From assembly GCF_964204645.1 (NCBI RefSeq), contig NC_134030.1, forward strand, positions 22,280,210 to 22,344,209: a DNA stretch of 64,000 bases, given 5' to 3'. A model generated the notes under the pieces. The model searched no databases, had not been told where the DNA came from, and worked only from the letters and a program-made list of their open reading frames with translations. Below, in pieces: positions 1 through 12,752 of this stretch. Source of the stretch: Tubulanus polymorphus. Taxonomy: Eukaryota > Animalia > Nemertea. The translations under genes were made by a program, and so were the position numbers. How positions within the stretch are numbered: position 1 is the first letter of the stretch; every line of letters begins with the position of its first letter.

Positions 1-300
1 CATCAGGTGCTGAAATATTAAATATACAATATACGTAATATTCTTGTACCCGGTAATACATTCACACTGTCCAGTACAACTCCACCAGGTGCTGAAATAT
101 CAAATACACAATATACGTAATATTCTTGTACCCGGTAATACATTCACACTGTCCAGTACAACTCCACCAGGTGCTGAAATATCAAATACACAATATACGT
201 AATATTCTTGTACCCGGTAATACATTCACACTGTCCAGTACAACTCCACCAGGTGCTGAAATATCAAATACACAATATACATAATATTCTTGTACCCGGT
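1..300. repeat. 82-bp splice-acceptor minisatellite (truncated by the window edge)
   Basis: Unit gtacccggtaatacattcacactgtccagtacaactccatcaggtgctgaaatatcaaatacacaatatacgtaatattctt, about 3.5 copies. Confidence 0.9.
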
Positions 301-895
301 ATAAATAAAAAGGTGTTCAAATAGGTACGGGGCCAATTCAAGAGGAGGTTTGGGGTGCACACCCCTGATAATGGCAAGATTTTACTTGAAAATGTAAAAT
401 ATCAAAATGACACCTTAAGAAATTTAAATTCATAAGCTTATTATCTGTATATCTAAAAACTGGTTAGTGTTTTCCGGTAAGCTTTTTTCCCTATCAATTA
501 TATACGTATATGATATGCCCTTTTTGGGGGAGGGTGAATCCGTCCCTGAATCAAACCCCATGGTATAATCATTTTCTAGAAGGTTGGATTTGACAAAGCA
601 AATAAATACATGCATAAATATTCATTGCGAGTTTCTGATGTGATCAAATATCATAACGAAAGAATTTGAAAACATTTATAAGACACGACGTTACGAAATA
701 GTTATATTAACATGATCACACGTTGTGATAAAACTAGTTATCCAAGTAACTCCCAAATCTCTAAATGTTAACAATATAATTGCATATGTTCAAATTACAT
801 TAGATACTGGACGAAAGATCGGTTTAAAGAATGTTAACTGCATTTCACTCTGATATCGAATGGAAATTCACTCATGAAAATATTATACAACTTAC

Positions 896-1225
896 ATGTA
901 ACATCCATTCTAGTTTGATGTAGTATTTGATTTTGAAGTGGTCTCGGTAATATTAAACCATTATATCTCCACAAACTACATTGTATCGATTTTGCGTAAA
1001 TCATGAATTTAAACTGCATATGATTCCTGTTGATAACTCCATCTTTCACCGGGGTATTTACGCCTTGATCATGCATCATGTCGAAATCCGTTGAACCATT
1101 AGTAAATCCATCAGAATACCATTTTACCGCCATGTTTTGATTACCGATCTTACTAGTGGCTTCACAAGTACAAGTCAGTGATTGGAATTCAGCCACCTTA
1201 CACGGGTTTTCATTTATCTTTATAC
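896..1225 (-). CDS. Ig-receptor gene 1, exon type A (copy 3); gene continues beyond the window's left edge
   Basis: TATAG/GTAAG boundaries, 330 nt; the acceptor-repeat array at 1-300 implies a further B exon to the left. Confidence 0.75.
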
Positions 1226-1624
1226 CTATAATGATATGATAGGGTATGGTATGTCATGGTATGTCATGGTACACAACAGTAAAGCACAGATAAGTTTTCC
1301 TTTTTCCCCCTCAGCATTATTTGATAAATCTTAAATCAGATGCACCAAAAGGGTTGACCAATTTATTTCTAGAGTGAATAAGTGTGGGGCCAGATTTTAG
1401 CTAACCAATTGAGTTTTTATAGAGAGCAGAACAATGACCAGTATGTCATGTATTGATCTATATGAAGGGTACTGGTATAGAAACTGTCAGCCAATCCAGT
1501 AATTTATTTCAACATATTTTCTGTTCGCAATTAGTAGGTTCAGTGTTGCATTTTGTAGAAACAAACAGATTGTCACATGACCAACTGATTTATAGAGGAC
1601 AATGGAGTTCCCGCCAATACTCAC

Positions 1625-1909
1625 TGATTACATCTGATTTGTAGATTTGACTTTCTTTCGTTCCAGCAGAATTAGTGGCTACGCATTTATACTCTTTTCC
1701 AGCCTCCAGTTTAAAAACCCAAGCTGGTGCTGATGTTGTAGGTATTAGAGTCCAGGTCCCTCCACTTTTCACTTGTAGCTCAAAGTGTACACCAGTCGCT
1801 GTAGAGCTGCTCTGTTTACAGGTAATACTAACAGTTTTACCTTCCTGTGACAGTAATACACGTGTACCCGGTAATACATTCACACTGTTCAGTACAACTG
1901 CATCAGGTG
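1625..1909 (-). CDS. Ig-receptor gene 1, exon type B (copy 3)
   Basis: TTTCAG/GTGAG boundaries; YKCVATNSAG. Confidence 0.8.
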
Positions 1910-2200
1910 CTGAAATATCAAATACACAATATACGTAATATTCTTGTACCCGGTAATACATTCACACTGTTCAGTACAACTGCATCAGGTGCTGAAATAT
2001 CAAATACACAATATACGTAATATTCTTGTACCCAGTAATACATTCACACTGTCCAGTACAACTCCATCAGGTGCTGAAATATCAAATACACAATATACGT
2101 AATATTCTTGTACCCGGTAATACATTCACACTGTCCAGTACAACTCCACCAGGTGCTGAAATATCAAATACACAATATACATAATATTCTTGTACCCGGT
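1864..2200. repeat. 82-bp splice-acceptor minisatellite, about 4 copies
   Basis: Same unit; the first copy overlaps the start of exon B. Confidence 0.9.
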
Positions 2201-2668
2201 ATAAATAAAAAGGTGTTCAAATAGGTACGGGGCCGATTCAAGAGGAGGTTTGGGGCGCCCCACCCCTGATAATGGCAAGATTTTACTTGAAAATGTAAAA
2301 TATCAAAATGACACCTTAAGAAATTTAAATTCATAAGCTTATTATCTGTATATCTAAAAACTGGTTAGTGTTTTCCGGTTAGCTTTTTTCCCTATCAATT
2401 ATATACGTATATGATATGCCCTTTTTGGGGGAGGGTGAATCCGTCCCTGAATCAAACCCCATGGTATAATCATTTTCTAGAAGGTTGGATTTGACAAAGC
2501 AAATAAATAGTTATCAAAGTAACTCCCAAATCTCTAAATGTTAACAATATAATTTCATATGTTCAAATTACATTAGATAAATGACGAACGATTAATTCAA
2601 ACAATGTAACATGCATTTCAGACTGATATCGAATGGAAATTCTCAGATGAAAATATTATATAACTTAC

Positions 2669-2998
2669 AAGTAACGTCCATTCTAGTTTGATGTAGTATT
2701 TGATTTTGAAGTGGTCTCGGTAATACTAAACCATTGTATCTCCTCAACTGACATTGAATCAATGTTGCGTAAATCAGGTTTCTATAATCCATCTGATTCC
2801 TGTTAACAATTCCATCTTTCTCCGGGGTAGTTACGCCTTGTTTATGAATCGGATAAAACTCCGTTACACCTTCAGTATATGCATCAGCATACCATTTTAC
2901 TGCTATGTTTTGATTACCGATCTTACTAGTGGCTTCACAAGTACAAGCCAGTGATTGGAATTCAGCCACCTTACACGGGTTTTCATTTATTTTTATAC
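2669..2998 (-). CDS. Ig-receptor gene 1, exon type A (copy 2)
   Basis: TGTAG acceptor, GTAAG donor, 330 nt, open frame. Confidence 0.75.
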
Positions 2999-3373
2999 CT
3001 ACAATGAGAATGATATGAAATGAAACACATGAACGCAGATAAGTTTTCCTTTTTCCCCCTCAGCATTATTTGATAAATCTTAAATCAGATGCGCCATAAG
3101 GGTTGACTAATTTATTTCCACAGTGAACTAGTGTGGGGCCAGATTTTAGCTAACCAATTGAGTTTTTATAGAGAGCAGAACAATGACCAGTATGTCATGT
3201 ATTGATCTATATGAAGGGTACTGGTATAGAAACTGTCAGCCAATCCAGTAATATATTTCAACATATTTTCTGTTCGCAATTAGTAGGTTCAGTGTTGCAT
3301 TTTGTAGAAACAAACAGATTGTCACATGACCAACTGATTTATAGAGGACAATGGAGTTCCCGCCAATACTCAC

Positions 3374-3667
3374 TGATTATATCTGATTTGTAGATTTGAC
3401 TTTCCTTCGTTCCTGCTGAATTAGTGGCTACACATTTATATTGTTTACCAGCCTCGGGTACAATTTTCCACACCGGTTTAGTTGAAGTAAGATGTGATGG
3501 GATCCAGGTCCCTCCTGCTCCACTGTTCAATTGTAGCTCAAAGTGTACACCAGTCGCTGCACTATTGCTTTGTTTACAAGTAATACTAACAGTTTTACCT
3601 TCCTGCGACAGTAACATATTTGTACCCGGTAATACATTCACACTGTCCAGTACAACTCCATCAGGTG
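3374..3667 (-). CDS. Ig-receptor gene 1, exon type B (copy 2)
   Basis: Same boundaries and motifs as 8050-8343; open frame. Confidence 0.8.
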
Positions 3668-4657
3668 CTGAAATATCAAATACACAATATACGTAATATT
3701 CTTGTACCCGGTAATACATTCACACTGTCCAGTACAACTCCATCAGGTGCTGAAATATCAAATACACAATATACGTAATATTCTTGTCCCCGGTAATACA
3801 TTCACACTGTCCAGTACAACTCCATCAGGTGCTGAAATATTAAATATACAATATACGTAATATTCTTGTACCCGGTAATACATTCACACTGTCCAGTACA
3901 ACTCCATCAGGTGCTGAAATATCAAATACACAATATACGTAATATTCTTGTCCCCGGTAATACATTCACACTGCCCAGTACAACTCCATCAGGTGCTGAA
4001 ATATTAAATATACAATATACGTAATATTCTTGTACCCGGTAATACATTCACACTGCCCAGTACAACTCCATCAGGTGCTGAAATATCAAATACACAATAT
4101 ACGTAATATTCTTGTACCCGGTAATACATTCAAACTGTCCAGTACAACTCCATCAGGTGCTGAAATATTAAATATACAATATACGTAATATTCTCGTACC
4201 CGGTAATACATTCACACTGTCCAGTACAACTCCATCAGGTGCTGAAATATCAAATACACAATATACGTAATATTCTTGTACCCGGTAATACATTCACACT
4301 GTCCAGTACAACTCCATCAGGTGCTGAAATATCAAATACACAATATACGTAATATTCTTGTACCCGGTAATACATTCACACTGTCCAGTACAACTCCATC
4401 AGGTGCTGAAATATCAAATACACAATATACGTAATATTCTTGTACCCGGTAATACATTCACACTGTCCAGTACAACTCCATCAGGTGCTGAAATATCAAA
4501 TACACAATATACGTAATATTCTTGTACCCGGTAATACATTCACACTGTCCAGTACAACTCCATCAGGTGCTGAAATATCAAATACACAATATACGTAATA
4601 TTCTTGTATCCGGTAATACATTCACACTGTCCAGTACAACTCCATCAGGTGCTGAAA
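3622..4657. repeat. 82-bp splice-acceptor minisatellite, about 12-13 copies
   Basis: Period of 82 (tcagg at 3661, 3743, 3825 and onward). Confidence 0.95.
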
Positions 4658-5073
4658 GTCCGTAGGAATCTGATAATTAATTACGACAAAAAGTCATCGT
4701 TTTCGCCAACTGCAAGTTGTACTGAATAAGTTTATTGAAACAGTTGACAGTATCAGGTATTTTCTTGGTATCATTCTTAGAAGTGGAAAATTTTCCATAA
4801 TAAAACGGTGTCTGCAAATGTATGTGGTAATATAAGTTTTATCAGGTTCTCTGAACCCCTCTCACATAAGAGCTAGGCTTCCTCGACAGGGATTTGAACC
4901 TGACAGCATCGTGAGGATCTGCTATGATCTTCGCAGAGAAATATACCGTGACATGTTCAGGGTGGATTTATGTCTACTAGGATGAAAGGTTTGTACCATT
5001 GCAAGGTAAACTGTTTAAACCCAAAGCCGATTTCAGGATGAATTCTCAAATTCGAAAAAAAACTGTTACTTAC

Positions 5074-5409
5074 AATGAACAATGATTGGATTAAATTGCT
5101 GAGGTTCTGGAAACGTAAGGTTCTCCTTTACAGCACATCGAAATGACGTTCCATTGTGCAGTGTGAAATCAGCTTTGACCTTGTACGTCGTGTCAAAACC
5201 TTTTAAACCCCCTTTAAGAGGTACTTTACGAGGTTGTGGATCAGGAATTGGCTCCCATTGTTCAGAACCTCTTCTCTTCTGTTGGTATATCACTGTAGGA
5301 TCGGGCCTTCCACCCACAGTTCTACAAATATATTCCACAACTTCTCCTTGGTTTCTAATGTCAGGTTGTCCGGTGAAAGTATCTCGCGTTTGAATTTCAG
5401 CGGGAAAAT
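5074..5409 (-). CDS. Ig-receptor gene 1, Ig-like (C2/CD80-like) exon type C
   Basis: TTTCAG/GTAAG boundaries; YICRTVGGRPDP...HNGTSFRCAV, typical of C2-set domains of nephrin/nectin-like proteins. Confidence 0.8.
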
Positions 5410-6059
5410 CTGAAATAGAAAATGCAATTATGATGTTAATGTTTGAGAATGACTTTTGAGAATCACTTTTCAATCATTAGTATTTCAGTAATCCATCACT
5501 CATAACAGCTAAAATTTCTCAAGAAACGAGTGCAGAAACGAAGCTTTGTTTTTGCGCCCGTTTTGGTGCGTTCCTGCGCGGTGATTTCAGCCGAAGTTCG
5601 TTTCTTCGTCTGTTTCGTTTCTGCCCGGTAATATTTCTTTTTAACGAACTTTCGGTTATAACGACCTTAGTTACATATTTTCATCGGTTATAACATAGAA
5701 GTGTAAGCGAACGGGAAGGCCGACTCGTGACATCACCAGTACATTTCCCAATGCGATATCTGTTTTCGCGCAGCGCCCTCACCGGATTAGAAAGGCGAAG
5801 CGGAAGTAAGCACAGCATCGTGAACGTAGCTGCCGCAGAAATCCACATAATTTTCGTTGTAAGTTCCATAGTTTGAATCCGATATTTTATGAATAAAGAT
5901 TGTATAACTGGCTGTGTGATTTGCGTTGAGAGTTGGATTCCAGTGTGATAAACGTCTCTGAAGTGGCGACAAATCCAGATAATTTTCAACAGACACTGCA
6001 TAGACAAGATGAACCAACCATCAGTAAAAGATTCTGGACGTACATCTAACATAAAAAGA

Positions 6060-7150
6060 AAAACTTGTCTGGCATACCAACTTTACTGTCAGAGGGCCGC
6101 ATTCATGGTAACCCTCTCATACCCTCTATGATGGCAAATATACTAAACCAACAGTTCCCTTCTCCGATAACAAGGTGATTGACAGTAACAGATGATTCCG
6201 GGCAACGAACAGCTCCCGGATATGATGGACCCCACGAAGCACCGCTGGTATCAACTTCCTACTCAAGAACCTGGATGTCTACAAGGCGTGTGGTCCCGAC
6301 AACATCTCATCGAGCGTCCTGTACACCTGTTGCACCTGTCCTCGCTGCCATCTTCCGCTTGCAGCCTGAACTCAGGCATCGTGTCCGAGGACTGGAGATC
6401 AGAAAGGCGCTAAGCACTCTGCGATTAACTACAGACCCATATCGCTAACCAGTATATGTTGTAATCTCCTTGAGCACTGCTTAGCCCGCCAGATCATGAA
6501 CCATGCTGAAGCTAATAGTATCGTCTCCACAACATAACGTCATACCATAGAGTTTGCGTACATTGACAGTATCTGTAACAAAGCCAACAAAACGGCTTCC
6601 CCAGAGGAAATGTACATATTTCATCACCCAGGATTAAACAACGGGCATAATCCAATCTCGTGACATTAGAATATGGATCAGCAGCTTGGGATCCACTAAC
6701 CGAGTCTGATATCGCCAAACTCGAAAAGGTACAGCGGCTAGCCGCAAGGTTTGTCCTAAACAGATCGCAGAGCACCTCCAGTGTAACTAAGATGCTAGGA
6801 CTCCTGAAATGGCCCACTCCGGAGAAACGTAGACGTGACGCTCGATTAACGCCCATGTACAAAACCATACATGGCCAAGCAGCCATCAACTCCGGAATGT
6901 TAGTCAACCCCACAAGACGTATACTCGTAGACACGACACTGCCATCAAACAACTTCCAAAATTGGATTTTCGAACATTTATGTGAGATGATCTCTGCCCC
7001 TGGTCAATGGAATAGTTTGCCAGAACATATTTAGGGCTATATAATCTTTTGACGTTTTTAAATCATCGGTTAAAACATGTCAATTTAATCTGTTGTTGTA
7101 AAGAGCTTTGAGATTGATCTTAATGTTAAGCGCTTTTAAGAAATAAATTA
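6060..7150 (+). mobile_element. Decayed non-LTR retrotransposon (CR1/L2-like) 3' fragment
   Basis: LEYGSAAWDP...KLEKVQRLAARFV...WNSLPEHI is a typical LINE ORF2 C-terminus; upstream YRPISLTSICCNLLEH-like remnant; AATAAA plus (TTA/TCA)n tail near 7142-7165. Boundaries approximate. Confidence 0.75.
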
Positions 7151-7439
7151 TTATCATTATTATCATTGATTCTAAGTACAGCCAGCTGGCAAGAAATGGA
7201 TCCTTCATAACCGTATAGCGAACTTAAAATCTGTCCAAATATCACATGTGTATGAGTAAAGAAAAATAGATAAGTACTATACTCATGTGGTTTCCTGTCA
7301 TTTTTATCCCATTATTTCTATAAATGTGATCCACAGGGAAGATAGGTATCACTATGAATGTAACCACGCCTAAACTCACACCAAATTTCACTCATGATAT
7401 TGTATAGAAATTATTTCATGAAAATATTACATAACTTAC

Positions 7440-7766
7440 ATGTAACGTCCATTTTAGTTTGATGTAGTATTTGTTTTTGAAGTGGTTCCGGTAACTCTAT
7501 CCCATTATACTTCCATAACCGACATTGGCATAATGTTGAGTAAATCAGGTTTCTATAATCCATCTTATTCCTGTTGATAACTCCATCTTTCACCGCAGTA
7601 TTAACGCCTGGTGGAATTCTGGAGAAATCTTTTATACCTTCTTTATATCCATCAGCAAACCATTCTAGTTCTATATTTGGATTACGAATCTTACTAGTGG
7701 CTTCACAAGTACAAGCCAGTGATTGGAATTGAGCCGCCTTACACGGGTTTTCATTTATCTTTATAC
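7440..7766 (-). CDS. Ig-receptor gene 1, Ig-like exon type A
   Basis: TATAG acceptor and GTAAG donor; CTCEA...W...C pattern; paralogous to three other exons in the window. Confidence 0.75.
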
Positions 7767-8049
7767 CTATAACAAATTTAGATGAAAACATTTACAATTT
7801 ACCAGAAGCCGTGAAACTGGAAACAAAGGAGATAAGATTTTGGACGATTTGTTTGTTTTTCAAAAGGACTCTAAACCTAAGGTTCGATAGAGTGTACAAT
7901 CGAAATTGATTGGCATTTGCAAAAGCTCGGATTTTGCAAATGTGATTCAATCAATGACATGGCATTAACTTTGATAAGCGGTGAAATTTCAAAATAAAAA
8001 ATAGAAGAAACACACGGCTAACGTCTTAGAAAGAACGGCCTATACTCAC

Positions 8050-8343
8050 TGATTACATCTGATTTGTAGATTTTACTTTCTTTCCTTCCCGCTGAATTAG
8101 TGGCCACACATTTATACTGTTTACCAGCCTCGGGTACAATTTTCCACACCGGTTTAGACGAGGTGAGAGGTAATGGTGTCCAGGTCCCTCCTGTCCCATT
8201 GTGCACCTGTAGCTGGAAGTGTACACCAGTCGCTGTAGAGCTGCTCTGTTTACAGGTAATACTAACAGTTTTACCTTCCTGCGACAGTAACATGCTTCTA
8301 CCCTGTAGTACATTCACACTGCCCAGTACAACTCCATCAGGTG
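8050..8343 (-). CDS. Ig-receptor gene 1, Ig-like exon type B
   Basis: TTTCAG acceptor and GTGAG donor, phase 1/1; VSITC...W...YKCVATNSAG Ig pattern. Confidence 0.8.
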
Positions 8344-8845
8344 CTGAAATATCAAATACACAATATACGTAATATTCTTGTCCCCGGTAATACATTCACA
8401 CTGTTCAGTACAACTCCATCAGGTGCTGAAATATCAAATACACAATATACGTAATATTCTTGTACCCGGTAATACATTCACACTGTCCAGTACAACTCCA
8501 TCAGGTGCTGAAATATCAAATACACAATATACGTAATATTCTAGTACCCGGTAATACATTCACACTGTCCAGTACAACTCCATCAGGTGCTGAAATATCA
8601 AATACACAATATACGTAATATTCTAGTACCCGGTAATACATTCACACTGTCCAGTACAGCTCCATCAGGTGCTGAAATATCAAATACACAATATGCGTAA
8701 TATTCTTGTACCCGGTAATACATTCACACTGTCCAGTACAGCTCCATCAGGTGCTGAAATATCAAATACACAATATGCGTAATATTCTTGTACCCGGTAA
8801 TACATTCACACTGTCCAGTACAACTCCATCAGGTGCTGAAATATT
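8308..8845. repeat. 82-bp splice-acceptor minisatellite, about 6.5 copies
   Basis: Same unit upstream of exon 8050-8343. Confidence 0.9.
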
Positions 8846-8904
8846 AATACCAGTCTATAAAACCGGACGCTGCAGTTAAAAACTAGTTCATCATTTTAAC
8901 TCAC

Positions 8905-9001
8905 CAGTATTTCTCTTATTTCGTACCGATACAGCTTCTGAATGGAACGAGATTGTCAGCAGTAGAATTACATCGATTACCAACCACATCCAGTTCTTCA
9001 T
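8905..9001 (-). CDS. Ig-receptor gene 1, signal-peptide exon (MKNWMWLVIDVILLLTISFHSEAVSVRNKRNT)
   Basis: Read manually: ATG at 9001, hydrophobic N-terminus, phase-1 donor G|GTGAG at 8904 that joins in frame to the exon starting at 8343. Too short for the ORF track. Confidence 0.75.
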
Positions 9002-10082
9002 CTTCAAGGCGTTAACGTGTCACCTTGAAATAAACAATTGGAATCTAATGTAATGTAGAGTAAACTGCGCGCTCTTCTCACACGTCTCATGTATGTGTTT
9101 ATATAGAAACGCTTTAATCGACTTTGAATTTGCGACTGATAAAAAACTATATATAAAGTTTTATGAAAATAACCCAAATAAACAAGATGATAAGACAAAG
9201 GTACTTTCAATTTCACTTTTTCAGTAATTCGTTTATTTACAGTATATTCTAAAATCTTATACCCACTACAATTTTCTATTTAACTCTATTTCTTGTCAGA
9301 TCCCTCGTTTTTCTTCAAATCAGATATTTCTAGCTCCATCCTCTAGTAGTTTAATGAAAGGCCCAGGTTTGATATGACGTAAGTTTTATCAACAAACCGC
9401 CTTAAACCGGTTTAACTATTCTTTATCATCGTCACCCAATCAACATTAAACATGATAAAACATGATTGGAGCGTCTCATGCAGCGAAAAAAAGTGTCTGA
9501 ACACTGTCCCTATCGTCTTTTTTAATCCTTACATATCCATTACCTTTTCCGATCATATTTAGCAGAAAACTATTGGTTTATTCAAACAATACCAAACGTG
9601 AACATTCGTATTGTCTTTACTTCTTCCAAAATAAAGAACTACTTTTCCCATAGTACACCTTCACCCTTGTTTACCAATTTCATAAATTCAAATGTTTGCG
9701 TGATGCAAAATGAAACATACATTGGTAAAACAATGTAAAGGAACACGGAACTTCACCTTCCAGCGAGAAAGGAACATTTAACATCATGTGAAAATTGTGC
9801 ATCGAACTTTTCTTCAAAAATACAACTTTTCAATCATTGATTGAAAAATGACTTTGAAATCACCATCGAAGACACATTACGTACAGAATCCAAAAAACCA
9901 AAGTATCAATAGACAACTTTCCACACGCGGTGTCTCATTTTTACTGAGCGTGTTTCGATTTGTAGGTCTTCTTTGTAAACTATAGAGCGCAAGGCTCTGG
10001 TGGATGCAGGCGGGCCCTGCCAAAACCGCAATTCATGAGCCAATTAATGAGCGTCTAACGCATAGGCGAAAATACACTATTA

Positions 10083-11093
10083 CAGGGTGTCCCATTAATT
10101 ACTATACATAAAGAACTGCCTGTATCCTCCACATTTCTTAATGAAATGTTTCGATTTTCCACCAAATGATAGAATGTAACAGTACTTTTTGATTATTATC
10201 GTGGTTGCTATGGTAATTTGCTTAGTGATTTCCTAGCAACTGATTACATTGTTGTAGTGATTTTGTATAATTCTGATTAAGAATAGATCACTGTTAAATC
10301 ATATCTATGTCTCTGAAACAAAAAGCCTAGATAGTATGCTGGTTTTAGGAAACCAAATCTTTCTGTCAGTCTGAACCATAGATTTTGGTGTCAAGAATCC
10401 CTATTTGATTGCAGAGAAGCCACTTTATCAATGTCATCAAGTGAGCTGTCTGTTGTCTACGAGGTGTGATCTTTGGATTTGCCATACAGTAGGTCATCCA
10501 GTGGGCCTATAATCGGGCCATACCTTTTTGACAAAAAGGAAATGCTGACTATGAATGGAGCCAGCTATCATAAGATGCTGATTCAGTACTCCATTACAAA
10601 ATTCGTAGATGTCTAGAGGATGTCTCAATCCTGTGTGGTCCCGACAGAATGGTGTGCAATGTCTTTCAGCACACAAAACAATTGATGTTCTGCATAGGCA
10701 TTTCGGTGACAGAATCTCAGCGCTCCAAACTGTAAACGACTGGGCCCCATACTCGCCTGACTTAAATCCACTGGATACTTGTGGGGCTAGCTGAAGGACA
10801 CAGTGTACCAAAACAAGCCAGAAACTATTGATGATTTAAAGAGAAACATCTGCAATAACACAGATGATTGTCAATGTACTGAGAAATTTCAACAATAGAC
10901 TGAATCATGTGATAAAATTGAAAGGTTCTCCCATCTAGCATATTTTGTAAATTAATTTGATTTTAGTAAAGTAATTTTCTGTGGTGAAAAGTATTATTGT
11001 AGTCCATCTCTCCTGAAGATTTGGCTGATTTATCTCAAGCGGTTTGAAAATGACAGGCAGTTCTTTATGTATAGTAATTAATGGGACACCCTG
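10083..11093 (+). mobile_element. Tc1/mariner-superfamily DNA transposon, internally deleted
   Basis: Perfect 41-bp TIRs CAGGGTGTCCCATTAATTACTATACATAAAGAACTGCCTGT (10083-10123 and 11053-11093), TA on both sides, transposase remnant WAPYSPDLNPLD. Confidence 0.9.
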
Positions 11094-11890
11094 TATTTAA
11101 CTATCTGGATGATTATCAGATCTTTATTTACAAAGAAAATATAATAAGTTATGCAAGTTATACAGTGGATGTACATCCAGAATATGAAATGTTTTAATAT
11201 CAATTATCATGATTCTTATCAATATATATTATAAAACTTCATTTAGCAATAGTAACAAATTTACAAAACAAACAAAAGTTTCTAAGACAGTTTTGACAAA
11301 ACGATTTATTCTACAGAATATTCTACAGATTTCTAGCTTCGCTAAAACTAAAGATATCAGAGAAAAACCCTCGATAAAACATGGATTATATACATTCCTT
11401 GAATTAAAAGGAAGGACAGATGAACCAGAGAAAACCTCCTCAATCAAACAATAATCTGACACAAATTCTAGTGTGTACGTGTTCATATAGAAACGTTATA
11501 ATCGACTTTGAATTTTACGAAAGATAAAAAACATAAAGTTTTAAGATAATAACCAAATAAACAAGATGATAAGAAAAAAATACTTTCGATCTTACTTTTT
11601 CACTGAAGTTGATATTTTATCTTCAGTATATTCTCCTTCCAGTTTAAAATGTTATACTTACTTTAATTTGTTATTTAACTTTCTTGTCAGACCCGTCGAT
11701 TTTCTTCAAATCAGATATTTCTACCTCCATCCTCTATTAGTTTGGCCCAGGTTTGATATGACGTAAGTTTTATAAATAGATCACCTTCATTCTTCATTAA
11801 TAATGATAAACTTTATTATCAAAGAAATATTTCTTTTATGACAAATTATCATAATACATGCAAATTATACAGATGACTGAGAACAAAACA

Positions 11891-11998
<108 letters not shown>

Positions 11999-12752
11999 CT
12001 ATATTACATTATTTCAAGTTAACTTAATAATATATATTTCTTAGCAATCAATTTGCCATGGCAAGCCCTGTCTAGAATACATTAAAAAATTGATTAATAA
12101 TCGATGTTAGTTCAGTTTGTGTGTATCATTAAAACTCCTATGATGTTGTCAGTTCTAAACCAACCATAACGGGCTGAACTAGTTGAAATATACACTAGTT
12201 CAACTCCTATGATTATTGATACCTTATCTTCAGAACTAACTAACAGGGAAATAATATGACAGCAGTCCGCGGCACAAGATTTACCTTCTCTTAAATGTTA
12301 CTTGCTTAGAAATTGCATGTAAATACACCAGAATTTTCCAGACCCCTGTTTCGACTTGGCGTTCTGCGTGGAATCTTTTAAATCGGAGCCGTGTTTCAAA
12401 TCCTGCTTCGATCGGTGGATCAAGCTGGTGTGATCTTACGGTCGTTCCACCTTCGTTTGTAACGACCTGCATGTTTTCTTTTTCAATTCAAGTTTATCAA
12501 AGTTTATTTGTATAGAAAAGTATGACAAAATCTAAAAGGCCTACCAAACCCAGAAAGCCCCCGTCGGTGCAGAACGATTTTGGCGGTATAGAAAGTATGG
12601 CGGTATATCAAGGGTCCACTGTGTATACAAATTATACTAACATATTTAACAATTATACATCTACGGATCGCATTTTTTACGAACAATCCACAAGAGCGTG
12701 AAAAAAAAATGTTCAATAACATTTTCTTTCAATTTAAACTCCGTTTCAAATT

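Noticed and set aside
3622-4657. CRISPR array or coding repeat
   Set aside because: Entire 82-bp units repeat without spacers, and the length is not a multiple of 3.
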